A stretch of 64,000 bases of DNA from an uncultured cyanobacterium (GCA_963740315.1 CAVUDP010000004.1:224001-288000); one strand, 5' to 3'. Shown: positions 31,421 to 41,273, counted from the first letter of the stretch. Translations and numbers: made by a program. Notes: generated by a model not told the origin, from the sequence alone.

Positions 31421-34400
31421 TTAATAATTTTTACAAGACAAAATTCCTTTCTTTTCCACACTTATTGCGACTCTAGAAACCTTTTCATCCACCTGAGTTT
31501 CTTCTTCCATCACCAAAGGAATCCAATTAGCAATTACATCTTCACTATTTAAAGTTTCTCCTGGTGAAGACGGTAAACCACCACGCCCAATATTGAAAAA
31601 TGCCACTGCTGCTTCACCCGATACTTGACATCCTTGGGCTACTTCCGTGGATTGAGCATCTTCAGGTAATTCCACAGTCTCCGGATTCGGCTCAATTCCG
31701 GGAGTTTCGATATTCACGTTACCATCAAAACCTAATTGCGAACTTGCCGTAATATCGCTGAGAGAAGTTAATTTATCTCGAAAATCTATACCAAAAATTC
31801 CAAAGGCTGTAAGATCGACATTTCCCCCATTACCTTGAAAAGCATTAGCAGTAATATCGCTGTTTTCACTGGGAAAAGCGACGATAAAACCATCGGGAGA
31901 ATTTACGTTGATATTTCCTCCATCACCACCAAATTGTTCGTTTCCTGCGGTGGTAGAAATTTGACTGTTGTTACGTAATAGTAATAAATCTTGAATATTT
32001 AAAGTGATATCGCCACCTGTATTGCTGCGAGTTTCGGCGGATATTGTACCGCGATCGAGGTTGAGGGTACCTGCTGTCAGTTCGATATTACCACCGATTC
32101 CAGTTCCTTGACTGTCAACTGAAATTTGAGCGCCGTTTTTAATATTTACGGTTTCTGGGTCGATGATTATACTACCACCGTTACCTGTGGAATTTTCTGT
32201 GGTGTTGGCGAAGATTCCGGTTTCTGTTCCCGTAAGAGTGAGGTTGTCTTTGATATTTAAGGTGATGTTGCCAGCTTTTTCGCTACTTGAAGTGGAAGTG
32301 CGAATTTGTCCACCTTTGCTAGCTTCTAGTGAATTACTTGTAACTATTATGTTTCCCGCTTTACCTTCACCAAAAGTATCGGCTGATATCTGTCCTCCAT
32401 CGCTAACTTTTAAGCTTTCTGTATTAATCTTCAAATTACCGCCATTTCCAATAGCTCTAGAATCAACTTCTGCTCTTAAAGCACTACCGATACCGTTTGA
32501 TACACCACCGATTACTTCTACTTCTTTGGCTGTGACTTGTAAATTTCCGGCATCTCCTTGACCAAAAGTGTTAACTGCTACTTGTCCACCATCCGCAATA
32601 CGTAAATTTTCCGCGTTAATTATTAAGCTACTTGCGTTACCAGTTGCGCCACTTTCTACTTGAGCAATCAATCTACTAGGAAGTTTACCGCTTGGAGAAT
32701 TCTCACTACCAATCACTTCAATTGATTTTGCTTTGACTTTAAGTTCCCCAACTGTTCCCGAACCAAATGTGCTAGATATTACCTGCGCTCCATCAGCAAT
32801 AATGAAATTATCGGTTTCAATAGATAATTCTCCTCCATCTCCACTCGCAAACAAAAAAACATTGCCAGCATTAGTTCCTATGCTACTTGGAAATATAGCA
32901 TTTGGTGTTCGACCAATTACTTTTACTGACTCAGCCTTAATTGATAATCTTCCCGCATCACCCTTAGTAAGAGTTGCAGATGATATTTGTCCTCCATCAG
33001 CAACCAATAAACTTCCCGTTTCGATGGTTAAATTACCTCCAGCACCCTCTTGAGGTTCTGCATCTTCACTGGGGATTTCACTTGCGGTTATTAACCTGCT
33101 GGGAATACCATCATTATTAGCGCCAATTACTTCTATTTCTTGTGCTGTTATCTTTAAATTTCCAGCATTATTATTGTTAACTGTAGCAGTTGAAATCTGC
33201 CCTCCATCAGCAACAAGCAGGCGTTTAGTTTCTATAGTTAAATTACCCCCAGAACCACCCTTAGTTTCTGCTTCTGTACTTGAAAATATGGTGCTAGAAG
33301 TATTCGCCGATTCACCAATAACTTCTACTCGATCGGCTCTAATGTTTAAGTTTCCAGCATTTCCCTCGCCAAAAGTACCAGATGATATCTGTCCGCCACC
33401 AGCAATTCGTAAACCTCCAGCTTCTATGTTAATATTCCCTGCATTTCCGCGACCATTTGGATTAACTTGAGCAGCTATAGCCGATTCATTAAGAATTTCT
33501 AGCGTCTGGGCTTTAATATCTACATCTCCGCCATTCCCAGTTGTATTACTAGCCACAAGAGATGTTATTTCTCCTCTATCATCAATAATCAAACTTCCTG
33601 TATCAACTGTTATATTACCAGCATTCCCAGAACTTCCTAAAACCTGACTAGTTAAAAGAGCTTTATTTATATAAGTAGATTCGCTCGCTTTAACATTTAT
33701 ATTGCCAGAATTTACTTTTCCCAGGGTACCAGCAACTAATCTAGAAAAATTTGTAATAGATACATTTTTAGCTATTAAGTTAATATCGCCTGTCTGTTCA
33801 GAGGGAATAGTATCGCTAAAACTAAAACTTAATAAAAAGCTATCATTAACTGAAATTGTATCCTTGCTACTAAGAAAAATATCTCCTCCTAGCAAACCAA
33901 GAGATATGATGTTAGCTTGAGGATTGATGATTATGTTCTCATTTGCTAATAAGGTAGCGTTACCAGCATTCCCAAAAAAGGGACCGAAATCAGTTTGAGA
34001 AAATGCAGAGACAAGAATTGATTGATTGAGTGTAATATTACTGCGAGAATCTATAGTAACTGAGCCACCCCCAAAATCATCTCTTGCGTCAATAAAACCT
34101 ACAGTAATACCATTTGGCGAACTTAGAGATAAATTAGGTTTATACTGATTTGTTAAAAATACTTGACCTCCATCAGTAAAGTCAAAAACTGATATTGCAC
34201 CCCCAATATTAATATCCGCATTTGTTCCATTTCCTCTAGGGTTAGGAACAGTCGAAAAACCATCGCTATTACCTACAATTCCCGGCTTTCTAAAAGCTGT
34301 AGTTCCCGCTCTAATATCCAAAGTTGGTTTACTATTCCCATCAATATCAACTACAGTTTTACCATCTGAAAGGGTTACTTGTTCTTGAATCGAATTCTCT

Positions 34401-35440
34401 GCTGTATCAGTACCCGTAATCTTGATATCTCCAGGAATATTTACGTTTCCACCAGCAAAGATATGTAAAGATGCTCCCGTATAATTATCAAAACTCACAT
34501 CACCACTAGCATGAATTACCGGATCGTAAGGGCTATATAAACTCCCCAAACTACCATTCTTATTTTCAATCTGAAAACTTCCACCACTTTGGAAACGTGC
34601 ATCACCATTCACGGCAATCGCACTCCTTAAAATCATATCCCCAGCAGAAAACAAACCACTATTAGGATGATTCAAAGCAAAAATATCTACAGTTTCCTTA
34701 CCTTGAATTAATAAATTACCACCAGCAGCAGCAATAAAAGGTTTTTCTACACTATCCCTTATATTTACAGTATCTTGCGCCCTTAACGTCAAATCCTTCC
34801 CCGCTTCAACCCTTCCCCGTAAATTCAAATTATTTGCATTCAAACTCAAATCTTTTCCAACAACCAAATTCCCTCGATTCTCAATATCTCCCCCACCTTC
34901 AAACTGCAAACCGATGGGTGGTTTCACATTTACGCTCAATAAAGGAGGAGCGCTGGGATTTATGGCACTATATTTTTTATCGTTTCCTAAATCAATACTG
35001 CTTGCTGTAGAAGCGAAAAACGAACCTTTAATATCTAAACTCGCATTCTCACCAAAAATAATTCCGTTGGGATTGAGAAAAAATAGATTAGCATCTCCTA
35101 AAACTCCCAACTTGCCAAAAATTAGAGATGGATTGCTTCCGGTGACACGACTAAAAATACTTTCAATCGCTACAGGGTTACTAAAATAAGCTTCTTTTCC
35201 CTCACCAATATTAAATTCTGTAAAACTGTGGAATAAATTACTACCGCGAATTGCTCCACCATCGATTCTTTCAAGCTGTGAATTTACGGGTGTGACAACA
35301 GAATTTTCTGTACCTAAAGTATCATCCGGGGTAATCTGAGCTAAAGCTTGATTTCGGGGAAAAACAATTGTTATCCCAGATAAGAATAACCAAAGGATTA
35401 TCCAAGGTTTATTAAGATGATATTGCATTTTTTGAAACAT
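31421..35440 (-). CDS. TpsA filamentous haemagglutinin-like exoprotein
   Basis: Signal AQITPD; TPS domain (NLFHSF, RVTG, NPNGIIFG); beta-helix G.G.AGNL.I repeats; C-terminal ENSDITANAF, SDITASS and GRGGLP. Confidence 0.92.
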   Translation of the reverse strand: MFQKMQYHLNKPWIILWLFLSGITIVFPRNQALAQITPDDTLGTENSVVTPVNSQLERIDGGAIRGSNLFHSFTEFNIGEGKEAYFSNPVAIESIFSRVTGSNPSLIFGKLGVLGDANLFFLNPNGIIFGENASLDIKGSFFASTASSIDLGNDKKYSAINPSAPPLLSVNVKPPIGLQFEGGGDIENRGNLVVGKDLSLNANNLNLRGRVEAGKDLTLRAQDTVNIRDSVEKPFIAAAGGNLLIQGKETVDIFALNHPNSGLFSAGDMILRSAIAVNGDARFQSGGSFQIENKNGSLGSLYSPYDPVIHASGDVSFDNYTGASLHIFAGGNVNIPGDIKITGTDTAENSIQEQVTLSDGKTVVDIDGNSKPTLDIRAGTTAFRKPGIVGNSDGFSTVPNPRGNGTNADINIGGAISVFDFTDGGQVFLTNQYKPNLSLSSPNGITVGFIDARDDFGGGSVTIDSRSNITLNQSILVSAFSQTDFGPFFGNAGNATLLANENIIINPQANIISLGLLGGDIFLSSKDTISVNDSFLLSFSFSDTIPSEQTGDINLIAKNVSITNFSRLVAGTLGKVNSGNINVKASESTYINKALLTSQVLGSSGNAGNITVDTGSLIIDDRGEITSLVASNTTGNGGDVDIKAQTLEILNESAIAAQVNPNGRGNAGNINIEAGGLRIAGGGQISSGTFGEGNAGNLNIRADRVEVIGESANTSSTIFSSTEAETKGGSGGNLTIETKRLLVADGGQISTATVNNNNAGNLKITAQEIEVIGANNDGIPSRLITASEIPSEDAEPQEGAGGNLTIETGSLLVADGGQISSATLTKGDAGRLSIKAESVKVIGRTPNAIFPSSIGTNAGNVFLFASGDGGELSIETDNFIIADGAQVISSTFGSGTVGELKVKAKSIEVIGSENSPSGKLPSRLIAQVESGATGNASSLIINAENLRIADGGQVAVNTFGQGDAGNLQVTAKEVEVIGGVSNGIGSALRAEVDSRAIGNGGNLKINTESLKVSDGGQISADTFGEGKAGNIIVTSNSLEASKGGQIRTSTSSSEKAGNITLNIKDNLTLTGTETGIFANTTENSTGNGGSIIIDPETVNIKNGAQISVDSQGTGIGGNIELTAGTLNLDRGTISAETRSNTGGDITLNIQDLLLLRNNSQISTTAGNEQFGGDGGNINVNSPDGFIVAFPSENSDITANAFQGNGGNVDLTAFGIFGIDFRDKLTSLSDITASSQLGFDGNVNIETPGIEPNPETVELPEDAQSTEVAQGCQVSGEAAVAFFNIGRGGLPSSPGETLNSEDVIANWIPLVMEEETQVDEKVSRVAISVEKKGILSCKNY

Positions 35441-35703
35441 TGATTTTTAATACAGACGTTTAAGCCTTATATCAATACATGAAAGAATACCAAGGCTTTG
35501 ATAAATTTATTTTACGTAGAAAGTATTTTAAGGGTAAATACTGAATCAATCTATATTTTTTAACGAAAATACACGCTAATTATAATTTTTTAGCAATCGC
35601 GATCGCAATTAATTTACTTACTGTCTCATTTTCATCAGAAAAAGACGCAGCAACGCTACGTCTTCATACAACATACATAAACGAGGATAAAACCTTTAGT
35701 AAA

Positions 35704-36219
35704 TTACAACCAACGGGAACCGTTAGCAACCCCACGAATTTGAGTCAAGAATCTTTGTAAACCAATTCGATTTTGATAGTAATCGAAAGTTGAGCCATTG
35801 CTATAAAAAAGCTTGGCATAGCCATTATCAACCCAAAATCTTTGTTGTGTATAACGTTTAAAATTAGTTCCAGCACAGCTTAAACGAGGAGTAGTTACAG
35901 GAAAACCGCTTTGAGGATTTAAACCACCAGTTTGTACCAAGCAGTTAGCTTCATCTAAAAATCTTGAAATTATTCTTTTTTCTCGCAATGAAATGTTAAC
36001 TCCAGCTTTTCCACCGGCAGTATGGTTGTAAGCTCCAAATCCCGGCTTTTTAACTGTTGGATTTCCAGAATAATTATTAACTTTATTCAGAATCTGCAAA
36101 ACTTCTTGAGCTTCTTGTTGAGTTGGTTTTGCATCAGCAGAATTTGAGGTAGATGCAATTATTCCGGGAATAACTAATGCTGTAGATAAAAAGAATGCGG
36201 CTAATTTGTTGGTTTTCAT
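35704..36219 (-). CDS. Hypothetical secreted protein
   Basis: MKTNKLAAFFLSTALVIPG...ADA signal peptide; AAAGGA RBS; ATG at 36219 preferred. Confidence 0.7.
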   Translation of the reverse strand: MKTNKLAAFFLSTALVIPGIIASTSNSADAKPTQQEAQEVLQILNKVNNYSGNPTVKKPGFGAYNHTAGGKAGVNISLREKRIISRFLDEANCLVQTGGLNPQSGFPVTTPRLSCAGTNFKRYTQQRFWVDNGYAKLFYSNGSTFDYYQNRIGLQRFLTQIRGVANGSRWL

Positions 36220-36267
36220 TTTAATATATCCTTTAATTTGTAAAAAACTACTAGCTGATTTTGCCTT

Positions 36268-36300
36268 CTTATTAATCAATTGGTTTAGTTGGTTAATTCA
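36268..36300 (-). promoter_or_regulatory. Half copy of bipartite motif (downstream part only)
   Basis: Minus strand TTAACCAACTAAACCAATTGATTAATAAG, nearly identical to 37866-37894, but CTGCATA is replaced by the upstream CDS. Confidence 0.55.
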
Positions 36301-36980
36301 TCATCTTTGACTTTTCTTAAAGGCTTAACTTCCCCATAGACAGTTGAACCAGCGCAGCTTCCCACTTTTTGCGAACCCTTAAATTTACATTTTTCAAAAT
36401 CTTCGTTTGTCATATTCTCTATAACTTGACCATCTAGATTTAAACAAACAAAGCGGGGTGCGCTTCTCCAGCTAATATCACGCTGATGCTCTTTAAAGTT
36501 TTTCTCTACTTCAACCGAGAAGGTTCCTTTTTTGATAACTTTCATACCCGGTTTATCATATTTACCGTCGTAAATCATGTACGATAATTGATTATCACCA
36601 GGTTGAACGACAAATTTACTTCCTCTATGTTTGGTTCCAAAATCAAAACCTATTTTTTGTGATTTACCATTTTTTTCGTATTTAAGGTCTGTATAAGGAA
36701 TTTTATTAGAAATGTCTACAAATTTTTCATTCGTAATTCTTACTCTTCTACCTTTTACAGCTTCTACTTCTTTATCTCGAAACCACCCAGCAACGCTTTC
36801 CTGATAATAACCGGGGCAATTTCCGACGTATTCCACCATATCAACTATTTTTTGATTTAAACTAATACCATCTCTAAATACAATACCAACATCGTCTAAT
36901 TTTTCTTGAGCGTAAGCAATAGATGACATACCGCATACAACAATAGCACTTGTAAGCAAACCAATATTGTGGAGTTTCAT
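36285..36980 (-). CDS. Hypothetical secreted protein, paralogue of 39240-39911
   Basis: Signal peptide ending AYA; shared VEYVG.CPG.Y.E..AGWFRD.EV...KGRRVRI.NEKF and HRGSKFV. Confidence 0.75.
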   Translation of the reverse strand: MKLHNIGLLTSAIVVCGMSSIAYAQEKLDDVGIVFRDGISLNQKIVDMVEYVGNCPGYYQESVAGWFRDKEVEAVKGRRVRITNEKFVDISNKIPYTDLKYEKNGKSQKIGFDFGTKHRGSKFVVQPGDNQLSYMIYDGKYDKPGMKVIKKGTFSVEVEKNFKEHQRDISWRSAPRFVCLNLDGQVIENMTNEDFEKCKFKGSQKVGSCAGSTVYGEVKPLRKVKDDELTN

Positions 36981-37146
36981 GATTTTTATCTTGGTAGGAA
37001 TTGGGTTTTATTAATGAAATTAATTGTGAAGAGAGAGATTGAAAAATAGAAAATATATTTTATTTTTCATTCTCTATATGACTTATAGCTAGCGAAAATT
37101 GATCGAGGAAGATTGCGCTTTTTAACTTTCTAAGTTTTACGAATAC

Positions 37147-37809
37147 TTACCATTCCCAATAATAACTAGAAGGAACTTCTTTTTTTTCTTGTGGCTCTGG
37201 TTGTACGGGCTTAGTACTTTCTACTGGTGGAGTGTTCTTAGTTTGTTGCTTAGGAGGTTCATTGACATATATAGTATCTTTTCCTTGTTCTACAAGAGGT
37301 GTTTTTAAATTTCGAGGCAAAAGTCGAACAGAAACACTATTATTTCTAGAAGCAAAATAGTATTCATAACCTTTAGATAAACCACCTCGATTTAAGGTAT
37401 AAGTAGTTTTTTGAGTGCCACTTCTTACGGTATTATTGTCAAATGTAACTACAGCGTGGTCGCTTTCTCTATTACAACTATTAGAACCTCCACCAACTTT
37501 ATGAATACGTTGATATGTGGGATTTAGTCTATAGGAACTTCCGTTCAGTGAATAATAAACAACATTACGAGTTCGATTGACGAGACGATATTTTGTAGGA
37601 GGAGTAACAACTGCCAAACAAGAAGTTTCCTGTTTTGGTGCATGAACATGAGGTTTACATACCCATGTCCAAGAACCGGGAAAACCTAAACTTTGTTTGT
37701 AGCATTTTTTATGAGCGTATGCTGGTTGAGATGATAATCCAATACTTGACACTACTCCTAAAGTAAATACTGTTAATGCAGATGCTATTTTTAAGTTTTG
37801 AAGTTTCAT
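37147..37809 (-). CDS. Hypothetical secreted protein
   Basis: Signal peptide ending PAYA; Cys pairs; domain shared with 37973-38416; GGGAGA RBS. Confidence 0.72.
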   Translation of the reverse strand: MKLQNLKIASALTVFTLGVVSSIGLSSQPAYAHKKCYKQSLGFPGSWTWVCKPHVHAPKQETSCLAVVTPPTKYRLVNRTRNVVYYSLNGSSYRLNPTYQRIHKVGGGSNSCNRESDHAVVTFDNNTVRSGTQKTTYTLNRGGLSKGYEYYFASRNNSVSVRLLPRNLKTPLVEQGKDTIYVNEPPKQQTKNTPPVESTKPVQPEPQEKKEVPSSYYWEW

Positions 37810-37865
37810 TGCGGTTGTCTCCCAAATTGTATTTTTAGAAAAAAGTTAACAGTTGAAGTTGTCTT

Positions 37866-37905
37866 CTTATTAATCAATTGGTCTAGTTGGTTAAGCAGTA
37901 TGCAG
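37866..37905 (-). promoter_or_regulatory. Bipartite motif copy
   Basis: Minus strand CTGCATA-CTGCTTAACCAACTA(15)-GACCAATTGATTAATAAG. Confidence 0.72.
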
Positions 37906-37972
37906 TTTGATTTAAAATATTTTCTGCGAATTTATTTATATATACTGTTAACCAACTAAAACCTTTTACTAT

Positions 37973-38416
37973 TTACTTCCTTTTTAGATCGATACCTCTA
38001 CCTGCTGTTTGCCAACGAACCGTTTCAAATGAGTATTCACCATCATTTAAGGTATATGTTTGACGTTGATAACCGGGAATAAATGCTCTATCAAAAGTCA
38101 ATGCTGCTTGTCCTGTAGTAGTCCAATTTACACAAGCTCCGGGTCGTAAAGAAGCAGATTTGGCAACAATTGAATAAAGAACAGTAGTATTTGTTTGATT
38201 GCAAATTCTAAATTTAGCGTGTAAATCACTTCCTACATAACCGTTAGGATTAGTTGGATCGATATCACGTCCTATTTTGCGAATCTCACTATTCTTATTA
38301 AAAGGGTCTAATTTTTTGAAAACACCAGCTTCAGCAGGTTGCACAAAATTAATAATACTTCCAAAAGCGATACCAATTGCAGCAGTTCCGAGGATAATTT
38401 TCTTTAAGCTAATCAT
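37973..38416 (-). CDS. Hypothetical secreted protein
   Basis: Signal peptide ending PAEA; AGGAGA RBS; N.T...V.YS...L.P...TFD...G.Q..TYTLN domain. Confidence 0.72.
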   Translation of the reverse strand: MISLKKIILGTAAIGIAFGSIINFVQPAEAGVFKKLDPFNKNSEIRKIGRDIDPTNPNGYVGSDLHAKFRICNQTNTTVLYSIVAKSASLRPGACVNWTTTGQAALTFDRAFIPGYQRQTYTLNDGEYSFETVRWQTAGRGIDLKRK

Positions 38417-38462
38417 TGTATGTCTCCTTAAGATTACGAAAAATTAACGGTTGAACTTGTCT

Positions 38463-38502
38463 TCTATTAATCAATTGGTCTAGTTGTTTAAGCTGTATGC
38501 AG
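38463..38502 (-). promoter_or_regulatory. Bipartite motif copy
   Basis: Minus strand CTGCATA-CAGCTTAAACAACTA(15)-GACCAATTGATTAATAGA. Confidence 0.72.
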
Positions 38503-38633
38503 GGTTATGATTTTTCTGCGAATTTTTTTATCTAAAAAATAGAAGAGACGCTGTATTACAACGTCTCTTCACAAGATTTATTATTAATGTTGTTCATTTG
38601 TTTTATATCTTTCCTTACTGGATACAATACTTC

Positions 38634-38807
38634 TCAAACCATAGGAGCCATACTAGAAACACATCCTATCTTCGCAGTGAAATTTGGATTTTCGTAAATA
38701 AACTCGCTATAGTCAGCTAAGTCATCTATTCCAACTAAGTTGAGGATAATTTCCGTTGCTAACCAAAAGGAAATTTTTACTAATAATTTTTGCCAACGTA
38801 TATTCAT
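38634..38807 (-). CDS. 57-aa small protein MNIRWQKLLVKISFWLATEIILNLVGIDDLADYSEFIYENPNFTAKIGCVSSMAPMV
   Basis: Below the ORF-track cutoff; AAAGAGGG RBS; W..EI.LN..G.D.LADYSEF resembles small cyanobacterial hypotheticals (recollection); motif upstream. Confidence 0.7.
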   Translation of the reverse strand: MNIRWQKLLVKISFWLATEIILNLVGIDDLADYSEFIYENPNFTAKIGCVSSMAPMV

Positions 38808-38856
38808 AATTCCCTCTTTAAACTCATACTAGGGAAGATCATTTTTTTAACCTTAC

Positions 38857-38891
38857 TTATTTATTAGTGTCAGAGTTTGAATGTTATGCAG
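38857..38891 (-). promoter_or_regulatory. Bipartite motif copy upstream of the 57-aa gene
   Basis: Minus strand CTGCATA-ACATTCAAACTCTGA(15)-CACTAATAAATAA. Confidence 0.55.
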
Positions 38892-39239
38892 TTGGGGGAT
38901 AGATTCTACAAAAATAATCTGCGACAATTAATTATGTGTTGTGTGAAGTCCTTATATTCATATCTTGCACCGCACATGAGAAACCCGGTTTCTTACAAAT
39001 TGTTAAACGAAAAAATCATGTTTTAGGAGAAGAAACCGGGTTTCTTTTTGTTGATCTGTTAGAGACGTTGCAGTGCTATGTCGGTACATTAAAAATTTTT
39101 CTAGTTTTAACGCTGCTGCATCCACTCTTTTAAGCAATTTACATTTCTTCACGATTTACTGCGACGAGTGGTTTTTTGTAACTATCTTAATCGTTTCTTT
39201 TGCCGCAGCAGCGCCAACGGGGTGAAAGTGCAGTCGTAT

Positions 39240-39911
39240 TTATTTTTGATATCTATCTAAATATCTGATTTTACCGTAAATAGTTTCTCCATTACAGCTT
39301 CCTACTTCTTGTGCAGCTGGATATTGACAGTTATCTAAAGATTCTTCTTCTACAATTTGACCTTTTTGATTTAAACAAACGAAGTAAAGATTGCTTCTCC
39401 ACTCAATGTCACGTTGATACTCCCGAACTTTTGGTTTTACTTCAACTGAAAAACTTCCTTTTTTTATAACTTGCATATTAGATTTACCGTATTTGCCATC
39501 ATAAATTAGATAAGTAAATTGATTTACACCAGGTTTAATTACAAATTTACTTCCTCTGTGACTGGTATCAAAATCAAAACCGATGATTTGAGAAGTATCA
39601 TTTTTTGTATATTTGCGATCGGTATATGGAACCCTATTTGTAATATCTCGGAATTTTTCATTAATAATTCTCACCCTTCTACCTTTCTTTGTTGGTACTT
39701 CTCGATCGCGAAACCAACCAGCAATATTTTCCCTGTACCAACCCGGACAAGTTCCGACATACTCTACTGCATCAACTATTTTTTTATTTAAACTAGTACC
39801 ATCATTAAATATAATACCTACATCTGCTAATTTTTCCCGTGCGTAAGTAATAGATGTCATATCACATAAAAAAATAGCACCTGTGAGCAAAAATAAATTC
39901 TGAAGTTTCAT
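39240..39911 (-). CDS. Hypothetical secreted protein, paralogue of 36285-36980
   Basis: Signal peptide; collinear similarity over the full length including four Cys. Confidence 0.75.
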   Translation of the reverse strand: MKLQNLFLLTGAIFLCDMTSITYAREKLADVGIIFNDGTSLNKKIVDAVEYVGTCPGWYRENIAGWFRDREVPTKKGRRVRIINEKFRDITNRVPYTDRKYTKNDTSQIIGFDFDTSHRGSKFVIKPGVNQFTYLIYDGKYGKSNMQVIKKGSFSVEVKPKVREYQRDIEWRSNLYFVCLNQKGQIVEEESLDNCQYPAAQEVGSCNGETIYGKIRYLDRYQK

Positions 39912-40115
39912 CTTTTTTACTGTTCTACGTCGATACTTATGATTCGGTCAAATTCTGTTTAATTATGATTTTGTACGAGAACTCGACTATTTGCAATGCG
40001 CGAATTCAAACGATCGAGGCAATCTCTGCACTCATCGGAGATAATAGCTGCTATATATGCCGCGTTCGATATTACAAAGACGTAGCACTGCTATATCTCT
40101 ACATTATTTAATTAA

Positions 40116-41273
40116 TTAATTAAATTTTTTTAACACTTCTACTAATTTCTCAATATGACTTGGCTGATGAGTTGCCATTAAAGAAATACGAATCCGACTC
40201 GTAGGAACTGTAGGGGGACGAATCGCTGGGGCAAAAATCCCCGATTCTTTAAGATAATTCCCGATTTTTAACGCTTCTGCTGCACTTTCTACCTGAAAAC
40301 AAATAATTGCTGATTCTGATGGCAATATTTGCAAGTTTGGCAGATTAGACATCAAGTCTTTCAAATAATTTATATTTTCCCACAATCGATCGCGACAAGT
40401 GGGTTCTTTTTTAACTATATTAATTGCCGACAAAGCCGCAGCAGTATCGGCTGGTGTTAGTGCGGTGGTGTAAATCCAAGTCGCAGCGCGATTTCGTAAA
40501 AAGTCGATTAAATTATTACTTCCGGCAACGTAACCGCCCAAACTGCCCAAAGCTTTACTTAAAGTACCAACTTGAATTAACTGCCTATTCGTACAACCGA
40601 AATGTTCTACGCAGCCAGCACCATTTTTTCCTAACACCCCAGTAGCGTGAGCTTCATCCACGAGCAACATACAGCTAAATTCTTCAGCAATATCTAATAA
40701 TGTTTTTACTGGACACAAATCACCATCCATGCTAAAAACACTATCGGTAATTATCAAACAGCGGCGATAACTTTGGCGAACTTCTTGCAACTTACTTTTC
40801 AAAACTGCAACATTGCAATGGGGATACTCAATAATCGCAGCACCACTGAGAATTGCCCCATTTTTTAAACTCGAATGATTGTACTCGTCAGATAAGATTA
40901 AATCCCGTTTACCAACTACGGCAGTAATTGCACCCAAATTTGCTAAATATCCCGAACTGAATACTAAAGCATCTGCCGTTTGTTTGAGAGACGCGATCGC
41001 ATTTTCTAGCTCACCGTGTAATTCCCGATGCCCGCTGAGTAATCTAGAACCAGTACTACCAGTCCCCAAATTTTGAGTTGCAGTAGTTGCAGCCTGAATT
41101 AAACGTTCATCCCCTGCCAAACCTAGATAATCATTACTGGCAAAATTAATTACCTCGCGCCCCTGCAAAACCACCGTAGCACCAGCGCCACCGTGGATCG
41201 ACTGCACCGAACGGTACCAATTAGCGCGGTGAATAGTTGCCAAAGATTGCTCTAGCCAAGCATAAGAATTCAT
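40116..41273 (-). CDS. bioF: 8-amino-7-oxononanoate synthase
   Basis: [39 protein letters not shown] and IRPPTVP. Confidence 0.95.
   Translation of the reverse strand: MNSYAWLEQSLATIHRANWYRSVQSIHGGAGATVVLQGREVINFASNDYLGLAGDERLIQAATTATQNLGTGSTGSRLLSGHRELHGELENAIASLKQTADALVFSSGYLANLGAITAVVGKRDLILSDEYNHSSLKNGAILSGAAIIEYPHCNVAVLKSKLQEVRQSYRRCLIITDSVFSMDGDLCPVKTLLDIAEEFSCMLLVDEAHATGVLGKNGAGCVEHFGCTNRQLIQVGTLSKALGSLGGYVAGSNNLIDFLRNRAATWIYTTALTPADTAAALSAINIVKKEPTCRDRLWENINYLKDLMSNLPNLQILPSESAIICFQVESAAEALKIGNYLKESGIFAPAIRPPTVPTSRIRISLMATHQPSHIEKLVEVLKKFN

Noticed and set aside
32163..35189. Several plus-strand ORFs within tpsA
   Set aside because: Antisense shadows of the repetitive beta-helix coding sequence
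31421..35440. TpsA as a CDI toxin
   Set aside because: No VENN/pre-toxin motif or variable toxin tip and no co-oriented immunity gene; the C-terminus is the common cyanobacterial type
15544..39911. Locus as a recently acquired genomic island or prophage
   Set aside because: No integrase, att-like flanking repeats, tRNA or phage genes; native HIP1 sites (e.g. about 18258, 26612, 28378, 30733) and host repeats are present
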